From a virus (Duplodnaviria > Caudoviricetes), in IMG/VR virus record IMGVR_UViG_3300027753_000020, positions 1 to 53,104 of that record: a DNA stretch of 53,104 nucleotides; one strand, 5' to 3'. This document shows, one piece after another, positions 17,722 to 27,740 of this stretch. The stretch's first letter is position 1, and every line of letters begins with the position of its first letter. Under the pieces are notes generated by a model, which saw only the letters and a list, made by a program, of their open reading frames with translations, was not told the origin of the DNA and made no database searches. The translations under genes and the position numbers were made by a program.

Positions 17722-19254
17722 TTATGCATCAAGTAGTATGGTCCAGGTCGCTCCTGAGTATTCTCCTTCGTAACTTTTAATCCAGTATTCGCCATTCCAT
17801 TTATATTGGATACCGGTATTTAAGTTGCTGGTATATGTTGCTGGTGATCCTGTACTGCCATCATCGGCACCGCTTGCATCAAATACAATGTGCCAATTTG
17901 CTCCGTCCCATTCTATAATATCACTTTCGCCTGCAATAAAGTCTGTTCCGTTTGTATTTTTCCAAGCATCTGGACCATCATCGTTTGTAGCGTTACCTAT
18001 TTCAGATAAAATAAGCAAACGTAAGCCTGATTGTTTTACAGTATCAGGGTTAAATCTTAACGGATCGACAATATAGTCTATTGTTGTAAAGCTATTAGTA
18101 CTTCTTGCAGGACCTGAAATAACAGTATCATCCGGTAATGTATCACTATCAAAGTTAATAACTATTTTAGTATCGTCTAATGGATTAATAGTAAATGTAC
18201 CAGTAATATAATTATCACTATCTGATGCCTTTAATAGTATTCTACTAACGTCAGATTGGTACGTGCCTGGATATGCTTGTATTAGCTCGTTCCAACTAAC
18301 TTCGCCAACTTTGTTTCTCCATACTAATTTTGCTACATCGTCTTGTACACTGATGCCATAATTTTGATATGTGCTACTAACACTAGTTTTATCAAACAAT
18401 CTCTTTGTATTAAAGTCCATTTGGCCATCGCCAACATTTGGAAATTCACCGTCATCGACTGTTTGTGTACTTCCGTCAGCCTCGCTATCGTCTGATAAAG
18501 GACCTGTGTTTACTCTAGTTACAAATGTTGGTTCTGTGCCATCTATTTGTCCTGCTATAGTAGCACCTAAGTTAATGTCGCCATTTTGCTCGTTAAATAT
18601 GTTAGATATAATACTTGTTGTTACACCTAAGCGTTTAACTTTAGCAGGAGGTGTTAAGTATATAGGCGTACTAAATTGTAAACTAGCAACATCTATTTCA
18701 CTATCTACACCAACTGGAATTGATCTAGAACTAAATGTAATGCCTTCCATATTTACAACAGTTAAACTAGTCCAGTCTAAGTAATTGTCTGTAGTTTGTA
18801 TTTCGAAACTAGGATTAAACAGTACTAATATTTGTTCTATTATTTGTAATTTTTGTTCAGCATTACTAGCCCAAATATCAGCTGTTACTTTAAGTGTATA
18901 TGGTGCAGGCATATAACGCTCTACAGTGTAGTTTTTACCTTGTGTATTAAGATACTCGCCCGTAGCACTATCGTATGTGCGTTCACGTACATGTCTTTTG
19001 CTTATTAAACTAGAATCAGCTGTTCTATCTCTGTCCATTTCTAAGCCAGTTACATATACAGCCATTCGCGGCGCCGTTGGTATTTTATTTTCAGAATTAT
19101 CTCTTAGTATATTAGCAACTTGACGAGTTAAATCGCCATACATAACAGGAACTTGTTTTTCATTTCCATGCCCGTCTTGCACTTGGAAATTACTTAACAT
19201 TCTTATAAGTTGAGTAATATACCTTCTAATTTGTGCATCATAAAAAAATTGCAT
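17722..19254 (-). CDS. gp15: Tail sheath stabilizer / tail terminator (T4 gp15-like) with C-terminal extension
   Basis: FFYDAQIRRY...VPVMYG...PRMA...PAPYTL...QIIEQILVLFNP, next to the neck genes. Confidence 0.75.
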   Translation of the reverse strand: MQFFYDAQIRRYITQLIRMLSNFQVQDGHGNEKQVPVMYGDLTRQVANILRDNSENKIPTAPRMAVYVTGLEMDRDRTADSSLISKRHVRERTYDSATGEYLNTQGKNYTVERYMPAPYTLKVTADIWASNAEQKLQIIEQILVLFNPSFEIQTTDNYLDWTSLTVVNMEGITFSSRSIPVGVDSEIDVASLQFSTPIYLTPPAKVKRLGVTTSIISNIFNEQNGDINLGATIAGQIDGTEPTFVTRVNTGPLSDDSEADGSTQTVDDGEFPNVGDGQMDFNTKRLFDKTSVSSTYQNYGISVQDDVAKLVWRNKVGEVSWNELIQAYPGTYQSDVSRILLKASDSDNYITGTFTINPLDDTKIVINFDSDTLPDDTVISGPARSTNSFTTIDYIVDPLRFNPDTVKQSGLRLLILSEIGNATNDDGPDAWKNTNGTDFIAGESDIIEWDGANWHIVFDASGADDGSTGSPATYTSNLNTGIQYKWNGEYWIKSYEGEYSGATWTILLDA

Positions 19255-20477
19255 TATACATCATCCGCTTTAGGTCTAAGTGCTTTACTTAGAGCTTGTC
19301 TTTCTGAAACAGTTTCGTCACCAATAACATCAGTATTTGTATTATTAATAAATGTTCCAATTTGTGTTTTTCTATCGTTAGTATTAGTCATTGTCATTCT
19401 AACATTGTCTTGCATTTTAATCCATCTAGTGCCATCATATTTAAATAGTCTATTTGGTAAAAAGTCTGTACGTAAAAAATAGTCGCCAGCTTCATTTATT
19501 GCTGGGAAACTAGTACCACTACCAAATGCTGCACCGTTAGGTGGTTGACCATCTTCAATTAAGTAACCTGCGTAACCTGTTCTGCCAGGCGCACTAGCAC
19601 TTGGATCAGCTACAGTATCTACTATTGCTCTTCCTGAGTCATCAGTGTCAAGTGTGTAATAGTGTCCTATGTCGTATCCTGACTTAGGCGCATCTGCTTC
19701 AGCTTCTGTAAGCACAGCATCGTTTATAGCTTTTTCATTTTCGTATGTGCTTAGTAAATCTCTTAAGGTGTTGTCACTATACGTAGACCAATTAAAAACG
19801 TCTGTAGGTGTGTTACCTTGCGTCTGTGACGTTGCTTCATATAACTTACCTTTATACTTTACAACTTGACCAATTTCGTATGTAGTTCCTATAACATAGT
19901 CTCCCATAAAGATATCTTCATCTTCTGGTGTTTCTAATATATCTGCAAATTCTTGACTATCAACAATTTGCTTTAATTTAATTCTATATAAATGCGGATA
20001 CCAAGTAGGACTAAATCCTTCTGCCGCCCTGTTTACATCTTCTACTACATAGTATCTTTTTAAACTAGTAGCAAAATCGTTTTCTGCATACTCGTCTTTT
20101 AAGTGTGGTAGCTCTATAACATCTCCACTCATTATTTTTCTACCAAGTGCTTTAACACTTGTAGTAATGTGTATGGTCATAAACAATGTGTCATTGGTTA
20201 AAAACAAACCAAATTGGCTTAGATCAAAATCAATGTCTTGTACATTGTATATGCCTCTAATTGTATAGATGTCTGAATCGTATTTTCTGTCTCTATTTTC
20301 TAAAAACAGAATATCTTGAATCTGAGTGTTATCTTTAACAACGTCACCATCGTCAGTACCTACATATTTGTGAATATTCACATCAGTACCGCCAATAGTA
20401 AACATTTCATAGATACGGTTATCCATGAATTTGTAATCGTTGCCTCTTTCGGGTTTATATAAACTAAGTCTTGGCAT
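19254..20477 (-). CDS. gp14: Neck / head-closure protein (T4 gp14-like)
   Basis: Likely start MPRLSL at 20477. DILFLENRDRKY, LSQFGLFL..D, GDVIELPH. Lies between the gp15- and gp13-like genes. Confidence 0.65.
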   Translation of the reverse strand: MPRLSLYKPERGNDYKFMDNRIYEMFTIGGTDVNIHKYVGTDDGDVVKDNTQIQDILFLENRDRKYDSDIYTIRGIYNVQDIDFDLSQFGLFLTNDTLFMTIHITTSVKALGRKIMSGDVIELPHLKDEYAENDFATSLKRYYVVEDVNRAAEGFSPTWYPHLYRIKLKQIVDSQEFADILETPEDEDIFMGDYVIGTTYEIGQVVKYKGKLYEATSQTQGNTPTDVFNWSTYSDNTLRDLLSTYENEKAINDAVLTEAEADAPKSGYDIGHYYTLDTDDSGRAIVDTVADPSASAPGRTGYAGYLIEDGQPPNGAAFGSGTSFPAINEAGDYFLRTDFLPNRLFKYDGTRWIKMQDNVRMTMTNTNDRKTQIGTFINNTNTDVIGDETVSERQALSKALRPKADDV

Positions 20478-20482
20478 ATGTA

Positions 20483-20503
20483 TATTTATCGTAACGATAA
20501 ATA
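20483..20503. promoter_or_regulatory. Back-to-back divergent late promoters forming a palindrome
   Basis: TATTTATCGT-A-ACGATAAATA: perfect 10-bp arms, each strand reading GATAAATA towards gp14 or gp13. Confidence 0.7.
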
Positions 20504-20522
20504 CTATTGGAGAACAAGACAT

Positions 20523-21287
20523 ATGACAACAGCTATAACTACACAAAGACAAGAAATTTTCGACTACGTTAACGCATTTTTAGGCGGAGGTATGGTTGAT
20601 GTTGAACTTGATCCAATACATTACGAATCCGCTTTAACAAAAGCCCTAACAAAGTATAGACAAAGAACAGATCATGCTGTAGAAGAATCGTACTTGTTTT
20701 TAACTTTAGTTGAAGATCAAAACGAATACATACTACCAAGTGAAGTTATTGAAGTACGTAAATTGTATAGACGTTCAGTTGGTTCGCGTAGTGGCAATGG
20801 CGGCGGTAGTTCAATGTTTGAGCCATTTAACTTAGCATTTACAAATACATACTTACTAAGTGGATCAACACAAATGGGCGGACTTGCTACATATGACATG
20901 TTTGCTGGATATCAAGAACTAGTAGGGCGTATGTTTGGTAGCTTTATTGAATTCAAATGGAACTCTCCGACTAAGAAACTTACAATACTACAACGCCCAC
21001 GTGCTGATGAAGAAGTATTAATTTATGCATATAACTTTAGACCTGATAATCAGTTATTTGAAGATTATCTTGCTAAACAGTGGATTAAAGATTATACACT
21101 TGCAGCTTGTAAATATATGCTAGGCGAAGCACGTAGTAAATTTGCAACGGTTGCAGGACCACAAGGCGGCACCAGCTTAAATGGTGATGCACTTAAAGCA
21201 GAAGCACAACAAGAAATGGATAAGTTAGAGCAAGACTTATCACTACAAGCAGCTGGCGGTGTCGGCTACGGATTCTTAATAGGCTAA
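20523..21287 (+). CDS. gp13: Neck protein (T4 gp13-like)
   Basis: Likely start MTTAIT at 20523 (GGAGA SD). LGGGMVDVEL, WIKDYTLA..K..LGEARSKF, GPQGGTSLNGDAL. Confidence 0.8.
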   Translation: MTTAITTQRQEIFDYVNAFLGGGMVDVELDPIHYESALTKALTKYRQRTDHAVEESYLFLTLVEDQNEYILPSEVIEVRKLYRRSVGSRSGNGGGSSMFEPFNLAFTNTYLLSGSTQMGGLATYDMFAGYQELVGRMFGSFIEFKWNSPTKKLTILQRPRADEEVLIYAYNFRPDNQLFEDYLAKQWIKDYTLAACKYMLGEARSKFATVAGPQGGTSLNGDALKAEAQQEMDKLEQDLSLQAAGGVGYGFLIG

Positions 21288-21352
21288 AATACCCCAACGT
21301 TAGCGCCAACATCTTAAATCCTTGTAAATACATATGTAACAAGGAGAAGCCG

Positions 21353-21550
21353 ATGTGTTCACCCGAAGTGCGTAAAGAAGCCAATCGAATGAATTGGATG
21401 ATAAAAGGTCAACTTATTGATCCTATTGAAAGTGACAGCTCAGTCGAACAAATATACAATTCATACTTTAAGAGACTTTGGGGAAATAATGAGAATTATA
21501 TCCATGAAGTTGGGTTTGAAGAAGCATATCAAAAAACACTTGACAAGTAA
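21353..21550 (+). CDS. Small hypothetical protein
   Basis: 65 aa with AAGGAG SD and GTAAATA (21324-21330). Confidence 0.5.
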   Translation: MCSPEVRKEANRMNWMIKGQLIDPIESDSSVEQIYNSYFKRLWGNNENYIHEVGFEEAYQKTLDK

Positions 21551-21568
21551 CAATAATTATTATATACT
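21540..21568 (+). promoter_or_regulatory. Sigma70-type early promoter
   Basis: TTGACA-17 nt-TATACT, preceded by AAAAACAC. Confidence 0.75.
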
Positions 21569-21594
21569 ATATAGATAATATAGGAGTATAAATT

Positions 21595-22155
21595 TTGTTG
21601 CCAAAGTTATTAATTGTCGGGCATGGCCGTCATGGTAAAGACACTGTGTGTGAATTATTAGAATCATATGGGTATACATTCCAATCATCAAGCAAATTTT
21701 GTTCAGAACTTTTTATCTTTAATGATCTAAAAGACCAGTACGGTTATGCTGACGAAGAAGAGTGTTATGCAGATAGGCACAATCATCGTACTGAATGGTA
21801 CAATATGATACATGATTACTGTAGTGACGATTTAGCAAAACTAGGACGTAACTTATTTGCAGAACATGATATCTATTGTGGCTTGCGTAACAAGCGTGAA
21901 TTCTTTGCAATGCAAAATGAAGAAATATTTGATCATACTATTTGGGTAGATAGAGGCGATCATTTGCCTACTGAAGACCCTAGTTCAATGAGCATTGAAC
22001 AATGGATGTGTGATTATACTATTGATAATAATGGCGACCTACAACGGCTAAAACGTAATGTTGATATTTTAATCAAAACTATTTTTAAAAATCGGGGACT
22101 AGATCTCCCTGCTTCCAGCGGCTACCTTCTTTCTGAAGCGTTCGTTGACAGTTAG
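21595..22155 (+). CDS. Deoxynucleoside monophosphate kinase (T4 gp1-like)
   Basis: P-loop GHGRHGKDT, GLR..RE, IWVDR, DYTIDNNG. Confidence 0.75.
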   Translation: MLPKLLIVGHGRHGKDTVCELLESYGYTFQSSSKFCSELFIFNDLKDQYGYADEEECYADRHNHRTEWYNMIHDYCSDDLAKLGRNLFAEHDIYCGLRNKREFFAMQNEEIFDHTIWVDRGDHLPTEDPSSMSIEQWMCDYTIDNNGDLQRLKRNVDILIKTIFKNRGLDLPASSGYLLSEAFVDS

Positions 22156-22426
22156 CACATATAGTTTTTAAATTAGTCGGTAAACAATTATCTAAGCGTC
22201 CGTCTATATGATATACATTAAATTGTTCGTGATGCTTTGATTTAAAACCACACTTCTCGCATTCATTCTTTTTAACATATCCGTACTTTGCCCATCTTGG
22301 CCTTCCACGTTCACTGCCTCCATACCTAGCACAACTCTCACACATACTTCTATAATATGCTTTATTGTGTTTATAATAATTTATAGCACACGGCTTTTTA
22401 CTACAGTTTTTACATAAAGGTCTCAT
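22085..22426 (-). CDS. HNH-like zinc-binding protein / endonuclease
   Basis: Four CxxC pairs; HIDGRLDN...NLKTICANCQ. Confidence 0.7.
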   Translation of the reverse strand: MRPLCKNCSKKPCAINYYKHNKAYYRSMCESCARYGGSERGRPRWAKYGYVKKNECEKCGFKSKHHEQFNVYHIDGRLDNCLPTNLKTICANCQRTLQKEGSRWKQGDLVPDF

Positions 22427-22533
22427 ACTATTATTTAGTTGCCCTTTTCGGTCCCTTTTAATAGGGGTTTTCCGCAGGTAATTTTCTATTTTATGCTAAA
22501 TAATAATAACAACTACTCAACAGGAGAAAAAAA

Positions 22534-25500
22534 ATGGCATTATCATCACCAGGTGTTGAAGTTAAGGTAATTGACGAAAGTTTTTATACCCCAGCTGAAC
22601 CAGGCACCGTACCAATGATTTTTGTTGCTTCCGCCGAAAACAAAACTAACGGAAGTGGCACAGGGACAGCGGCAGGGACGCTGAAAGCAAACGCAGGTAA
22701 ACCTTACTTGCTTACATCACAAAGGGAACTAGCTGAAACATTTGGCGACCCAGTATTTTATACAGATTCAAATAACAACCCAGTACACGGCGGAGAGCTA
22801 AACGAATACGGTTTACAAGCTGCTTACTCGTTACTAGGTGTTAGCAATAGAGTTTATGTAACTCGCGCAGATATTGACTTAGGTGTATTAACACCAACAG
22901 CAGACGAACCAAAAGATGCTCCAGCAGATGGAACTAACTGGTTTGATACTAATGATAGTTCATATGGTATTTTTGAGTGGAACAGCTCACCAAAGAACGT
23001 CACTGGTGGACAGTCATTTAGCGTAAGAACTCCAATTGTTATTACAGATACAACAAAATTAGATGGTAACGGCGATCCTAAAGAGTCAGTTGGTAACATA
23101 GGTGATTATGCAGTTAAAGCAACAACAGATGTACTAAGAGTATATTACAGAAACTATACAGGTAGTTGGGTAAAAGTTGGTTCGACAGCATGGATTAATT
23201 CACATGCAGTTACAGCTGGTACAGTTTCTAATCCTACATTAGGAGCAGCAACAAACTTAACTATTACTGTAGGCTCTGGTTCAGCAATTACAGTAGCAGA
23301 GGGTAGTAACTTAGCAGATACAGTTTCAACAGCAAACGCAGATGCAAGTTTCCAATCAGCAGGCATTAGATTTGCAGCAATTGATGGAAAATTCCATGTA
23401 TTTAATGACGCATCAGAAGATGAAAGAATTACTATTGCTGACACAGACGGCTTACTTGCTAAATTAGGCTTAACAGCTGGAACTTATGATGCAGCAAAAA
23501 CACAAATTAGTGCTCATACAAGTGTACCTGAATTTAAGTCAGGCGATACTACTCCACGTCCAACAGGAAGTGTTTGGTTAAAAACTACTGAACCAAATCA
23601 AGGTGCTAACTGGAAGTACAAGCGTTACAATAGTAACACAGCATTATTTGACACTGTAACAGCACCAATTTACGGTTCTGCAGCAGCGTCTTTATATTGG
23701 TTAGACAGAAGCGGCGGCGGTGTTAACTTACCAGCAGGAACTACTTTTGTAAAATCAAACGCAGAAGATAGTGCGTCAGCTGAAGGTGCATTTACAATCT
23801 TTAGTCGTGCTAACACAGGCGCAACTACTATTACTGGTAGTGCTATTACAGGAAGTACATTTAGTGCGCAACCATATGCATTTAATATTGCAGAAACTGA
23901 CGCAGGTAAAACAGCGTTACAAAGTTCTGTAACAATTAGCTTTACAGCAACAGGTGCTGTAGGCGATGCAGACTTAATGGCAGGTGCTATTAACAGTTCA
24001 GCATTAGAAAATGTTCAAGCTGAAGTATCAGCAGACAACAAATTAGTTGTTAAGCATACACAAGGTGGAGACTTTACTATTGTAGACACAGACGGCGGCT
24101 TTGCAGCAGCTGGCTTTGTAGCATTTGTAGTTGGTAATCCAAGTACAACAACTAACTTGTACAGCAGAAATAGTGTACTTACAGCAAGTAACTGGAAGAA
24201 AGCAATATTCACAGCAAGTGATGAAGCTCCAGGAGCATTAGCTGCACAAGGCGCACTTTGGTACAACAGTGTTGTAGACGAAGTTGACATGTTAATCCAC
24301 AATGGTACTACATGGGTAGGCTATCAGAACTTTAGTTCAGACTATGGCGATACTAACCCAACTGGTCCTATGGTTTCAGCAACAGAGCCAACACAGCAAA
24401 CAGATGCAACAGCATTAGTTGATGGTGACCTTTGGATTAGCACAGCAGATTTAGAAAACTATCCATTAGTTTATAGATACGACGGTGTTAACTTATCATG
24501 GGCATTACTAGATACAGCAGACCAAACAACTGAAAATGGTGTACTATTTGCAGACGCACGTTACAACACAGCAGGCGCAAATGGCGACGAAGCTGGTAGT
24601 ATTGTTGACTTATTAACAAACAACTACTTAGACCCAGATGCTCCAGATCCAGCACTATATCCAAAAGGTATGTTGTTATGGAACTTACGTAGAAGCGGAT
24701 TTAACGTTAAGCGTTTTGAGCGTAACTATGTAGACATTAACGGCACTAACGGCAGATTCAATAATGACGAATCAATGGCTGGTTACTATCCACACAGATG
24801 GGTAACTGAGTCAGGCAACCAAGCTGATGGTTCAGGTAGCTTTGGACGTAAAGCACAGCGTAAAGTTGTAGTACAAGCGTTACAAGCAATGGTTAACAGT
24901 AACGATGACATTAGAGATGATGAGTCTAGATTGTTCAACGTTATGGCAACACCAGCGTATCCAGAACTAATTGGCGAAATGGTTAGCTTAAACTACGATC
25001 GTGGACTAAGTGCATTTATTGTAGGCGATAGTCCAATGCGTTTAACACCAGATGCAACTTCATTAAATGAATGGGGCACTAACGTTAAACTAGCTGTTGA
25101 AGATAACGATGACGGTTTAGTTAGCAGAGACGAGTACATGGGTGTTTACTACCCAAGTGGCTTTACAAGTGATAACGCAGGTAACAACGTAGTTGTTCCA
25201 GCTTCACACATGGCACTACGTACTATTGCATTAAGTGATCAAGTTAGCTTTCCATGGTTTGCACCAGCAGGTACAAGACGTGGTGGCGTAACTAACGCAA
25301 CAGCAGCAGGTTACATTAGTAGCGAAGGCGAATTTGTAAGTGTAGCACTTAACGAAGGTCAACGTGATACACTTTACAGTAATGCTGTTAATCCAATTAC
25401 ATTCTTAAGCGGAAGTGGATTAGTAGTATTTGGACAGAAAACAAGAGCAAGAAATGCAAGTGCATTAGATAGAATTAATGTTGCACGTTTGGTTATCTAC

Positions 25501-25785
25501 TTACGTAGTCAACTAGGCAAACTTGCAAAACCATACTTGTTTGAACCAAACGACAAAATAACAAGAGATGAAATTAAAGGTGCAGCAGAAAGTCTAATGC
25601 TAGAATTAGTTGGACAAAGAGCACTTTATGATTTCCTAGTTGTATGTGATGAAAGTAACAACACACCAAGTAGAATAGATCGTAATGAACTATATCTTGA
25701 TATTGCAATAGAACCAGTCAAGGCTGTGGAATTCATCTTTATTCCATTAAGACTTAAGAACACAGGAGAAATTGCAGGACTTTAA
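22534..25785 (+). CDS. gp18: Contractile tail sheath protein (T4 gp18-like), enlarged
   Basis: SPGVEVKVIDES, FPWFAPAGTRRG, RDTLYSNAVNPI, FGQKT, LDRINVARL, FEPND, VVCDESNNTP, IEPVKAVEFI. Confidence 0.95.
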   Translation: MALSSPGVEVKVIDESFYTPAEPGTVPMIFVASAENKTNGSGTGTAAGTLKANAGKPYLLTSQRELAETFGDPVFYTDSNNNPVHGGELNEYGLQAAYSLLGVSNRVYVTRADIDLGVLTPTADEPKDAPADGTNWFDTNDSSYGIFEWNSSPKNVTGGQSFSVRTPIVITDTTKLDGNGDPKESVGNIGDYAVKATTDVLRVYYRNYTGSWVKVGSTAWINSHAVTAGTVSNPTLGAATNLTITVGSGSAITVAEGSNLADTVSTANADASFQSAGIRFAAIDGKFHVFNDASEDERITIADTDGLLAKLGLTAGTYDAAKTQISAHTSVPEFKSGDTTPRPTGSVWLKTTEPNQGANWKYKRYNSNTALFDTVTAPIYGSAAASLYWLDRSGGGVNLPAGTTFVKSNAEDSASAEGAFTIFSRANTGATTITGSAITGSTFSAQPYAFNIAETDAGKTALQSSVTISFTATGAVGDADLMAGAINSSALENVQAEVSADNKLVVKHTQGGDFTIVDTDGGFAAAGFVAFVVGNPSTTTNLYSRNSVLTASNWKKAIFTASDEAPGALAAQGALWYNSVVDEVDMLIHNGTTWVGYQNFSSDYGDTNPTGPMVSATEPTQQTDATALVDGDLWISTADLENYPLVYRYDGVNLSWALLDTADQTTENGVLFADARYNTAGANGDEAGSIVDLLTNNYLDPDAPDPALYPKGMLLWNLRRSGFNVKRFERNYVDINGTNGRFNNDESMAGYYPHRWVTESGNQADGSGSFGRKAQRKVVVQALQAMVNSNDDIRDDESRLFNVMATPAYPELIGEMVSLNYDRGLSAFIVGDSPMRLTPDATSLNEWGTNVKLAVEDNDDGLVSRDEYMGVYYPSGFTSDNAGNNVVVPASHMALRTIALSDQVSFPWFAPAGTRRGGVTNATAAGYISSEGEFVSVALNEGQRDTLYSNAVNPITFLSGSGLVVFGQKTRARNASALDRINVARLVIYLRSQLGKLAKPYLFEPNDKITRDEIKGAAESLMLELVGQRALYDFLVVCDESNNTPSRIDRNELYLDIAIEPVKAVEFIFIPLRLKNTGEIAGL

Positions 25786-25796
25786 TTAAGTGAAAA

Positions 25797-25816
25797 GGCC
25801 CCTGAAATATGGGGCC
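25797..25816 (+). other. GC-rich hairpin between sheath and tube genes
   Basis: GGCCCC-TGAAATAT-GGGGCC with no strong U-tract, followed by GATAAATA (25825-25832). Confidence 0.5.
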
Positions 25817-25853
25817 GACACTTTGATAAATACTAGCAACAGGAGAAATATAA

Positions 25854-26480
25854 ATGGCAATCTCGACATTATCAAAAATTACAGTACCGTTAGCGAGCGA
25901 CACAAGCGCAAGCAATCAGGGACTTTTGATGCCGAAACTACAATATCGCTTTAGAGTGACATTGGAAAATTTTGGTGTTACAAACGCAACGACAGAACTT
26001 ACAAAACAAGTTATGGACGTTACAAGACCAAACATAACTTTTGAAGAAATTACACTAGATGTATATAACTCAAGAAGTTACTTAGCTGGTAAGCATACAT
26101 GGGAACCAATTACATTGAATGTACGTGATGACGTAAGCAACAATGTACAGAAACAGGTAGGCGAACAGTTACAGAAACAATTTGACTTCTTTGAACAGTC
26201 AAGTGCAGCTAGTGGAATAGACTACAAATTCTTAACACGTATTGAAGTGTTAGATGGTGGTAACGGAGCAAACGAAGTTGGAGTATTAGAAACTTTTGAA
26301 CTTTACGGTTGTTTCCTAACTAACGCTAACTACAACACATTGAACTATGCAACAAGTGATGCAGCTACTATTGCACTATCAATTAGATATGATAACGCAA
26401 TCCAAACTCCAGTAGGACAAGGTATTGGCACATCAATTGGCAGAACAGTTAACTCACTCGTAACAGGTGGCGGCGTATAA
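25854..26480 (+). CDS. gp19: Tail tube protein (T4 gp19-like)
   Basis: PKLQYRFRV, YLAGKHTWEPITL, LYGCF...LNY, directly after the sheath. Confidence 0.85.
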   Translation: MAISTLSKITVPLASDTSASNQGLLMPKLQYRFRVTLENFGVTNATTELTKQVMDVTRPNITFEEITLDVYNSRSYLAGKHTWEPITLNVRDDVSNNVQKQVGEQLQKQFDFFEQSSAASGIDYKFLTRIEVLDGGNGANEVGVLETFELYGCFLTNANYNTLNYATSDAATIALSIRYDNAIQTPVGQGIGTSIGRTVNSLVTGGGV

Positions 26481-26511
26481 TATACGTTAACTAGATTGCC
26501 CTTAGAGTCGG

Positions 26512-26544
26512 AAAAAAGGAAGTCATTAGGCTTCCTTTTTTTTT
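26512..26544 (+). terminator. Rho-independent terminator, probably bidirectional
   Basis: A6-GGAAGTC-ATTA-GGCTTCC-T9. Confidence 0.85.
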
Positions 26545-26579
26545 ATGTACGTACTTAATCTTTTCGGATAAATATTAGT

Positions 26580-27740
26580 ATGGCAAATAAGTTAAACGGA
26601 TTCTTAGACAACTTCTTAAGTGGAGTATTAAACCCAAAAGGTAGTATGGGTGATTTTCAACATGCTTCTAGATTGTATGTTGACAACGCATTTAGGCTTG
26701 CACCTAAATCAAAATTTCTTTATTTTGTAAACTTTAATTTTTACAAAGATGACAAACACGATGTATTAGCAGGATTTCCTACTTTACAAAATAGACACAG
26801 AGCTGAGCTTAACATGCTTGTTAAGAATGTAGATTTACCTCAGTATAGATCTTCAGTTGAAACTAAAAATGCATACAATCGTAAAAAGAATGTTCAAACA
26901 CGTATAGATTATACACCAGTTTCTCTTACTATGCATGATGATAATCAAGGGCTAACAACAGCATTAATGGAAGCCTACTATAAGTATTATTATAGAGATT
27001 CAAACATATCTGACATAACAGCAAGTTTCGATCCTCGCTCAAATTATAAAGAAGCAAATGGTAGAACATATCGATTTGGTTTAGACAACGATAAACTAGT
27101 TCCATTTTTTAAGAATATAAAATTATATCAATTTGCTAGACACGAGTACACTGAGTATACTCTTGTTAACCCTATTATAGAATCTTGGGGCCATGACACA
27201 ATGGATCAATCAGATGGCTCAGGCATAGCAGAAAATAAAATGACAATTAACTACGAATCTGTACTATATAGTAGAGGTGCTGTAGGAGAAGATAGTCCTG
27301 CAACATTTGCAACAGATCACTATGATGTTACACCAAGTCCATTAGGTGTAGGCGGTGGCGGAATAAGTAGTCTATTTGGAGGCGGTGGAGTATTGGACGG
27401 TGCATCAAGTGTACTTGGCGATATTACTAGCGGTAACTTTGGATTAGGCACAATCATTAAAGGTGTTAATACTGTTAAAAATGCAAAGAATTTAAGTAAA
27501 GATAGTCTTAAAGCAGAAGGACTTAGTATTTTAACAGGTGCTATTGTAAATGCAGGTAAAAAAGGACCTGGCGGATTACCAGGCATACTAGTACCTAAAA
27601 CAAACGGTACCGGCGGAAGCGATACAAACACAACAGCAACAACAGATAGTAGTACTAATAATTCATCAGCATCAGCAGCTAAAGTAGCATCAGCACAAGC
27701 AGCAAATAATTTACCAGTAACAGTAGGAGACGGCGGATAA
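26580..27740 (+). CDS. Tail tube-like baseplate/tube initiator protein (gp48/gp54-like)
   Basis: LVKNVDLP...NAYNRK...YTPVSLTMHDD...YTLVNP.I..W.H...MTINYE tube-fold pattern, with a low-complexity C-terminus. Confidence 0.55.
   Translation: MANKLNGFLDNFLSGVLNPKGSMGDFQHASRLYVDNAFRLAPKSKFLYFVNFNFYKDDKHDVLAGFPTLQNRHRAELNMLVKNVDLPQYRSSVETKNAYNRKKNVQTRIDYTPVSLTMHDDNQGLTTALMEAYYKYYYRDSNISDITASFDPRSNYKEANGRTYRFGLDNDKLVPFFKNIKLYQFARHEYTEYTLVNPIIESWGHDTMDQSDGSGIAENKMTINYESVLYSRGAVGEDSPATFATDHYDVTPSPLGVGGGGISSLFGGGGVLDGASSVLGDITSGNFGLGTIIKGVNTVKNAKNLSKDSLKAEGLSILTGAIVNAGKKGPGGLPGILVPKTNGTGGSDTNTTATTDSSTNNSSASAAKVASAQAANNLPVTVGDGG

Noticed and set aside
19254-20552. ORF-track starts for gp14 (20552), gp13 (20478), gp17 (30491), 32046, 36982, 47011 and 49086
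   Set aside because: They overlap neighbours or promoter motifs. Downstream ATGs with an SD, a late promoter or translational coupling fit better and were used.
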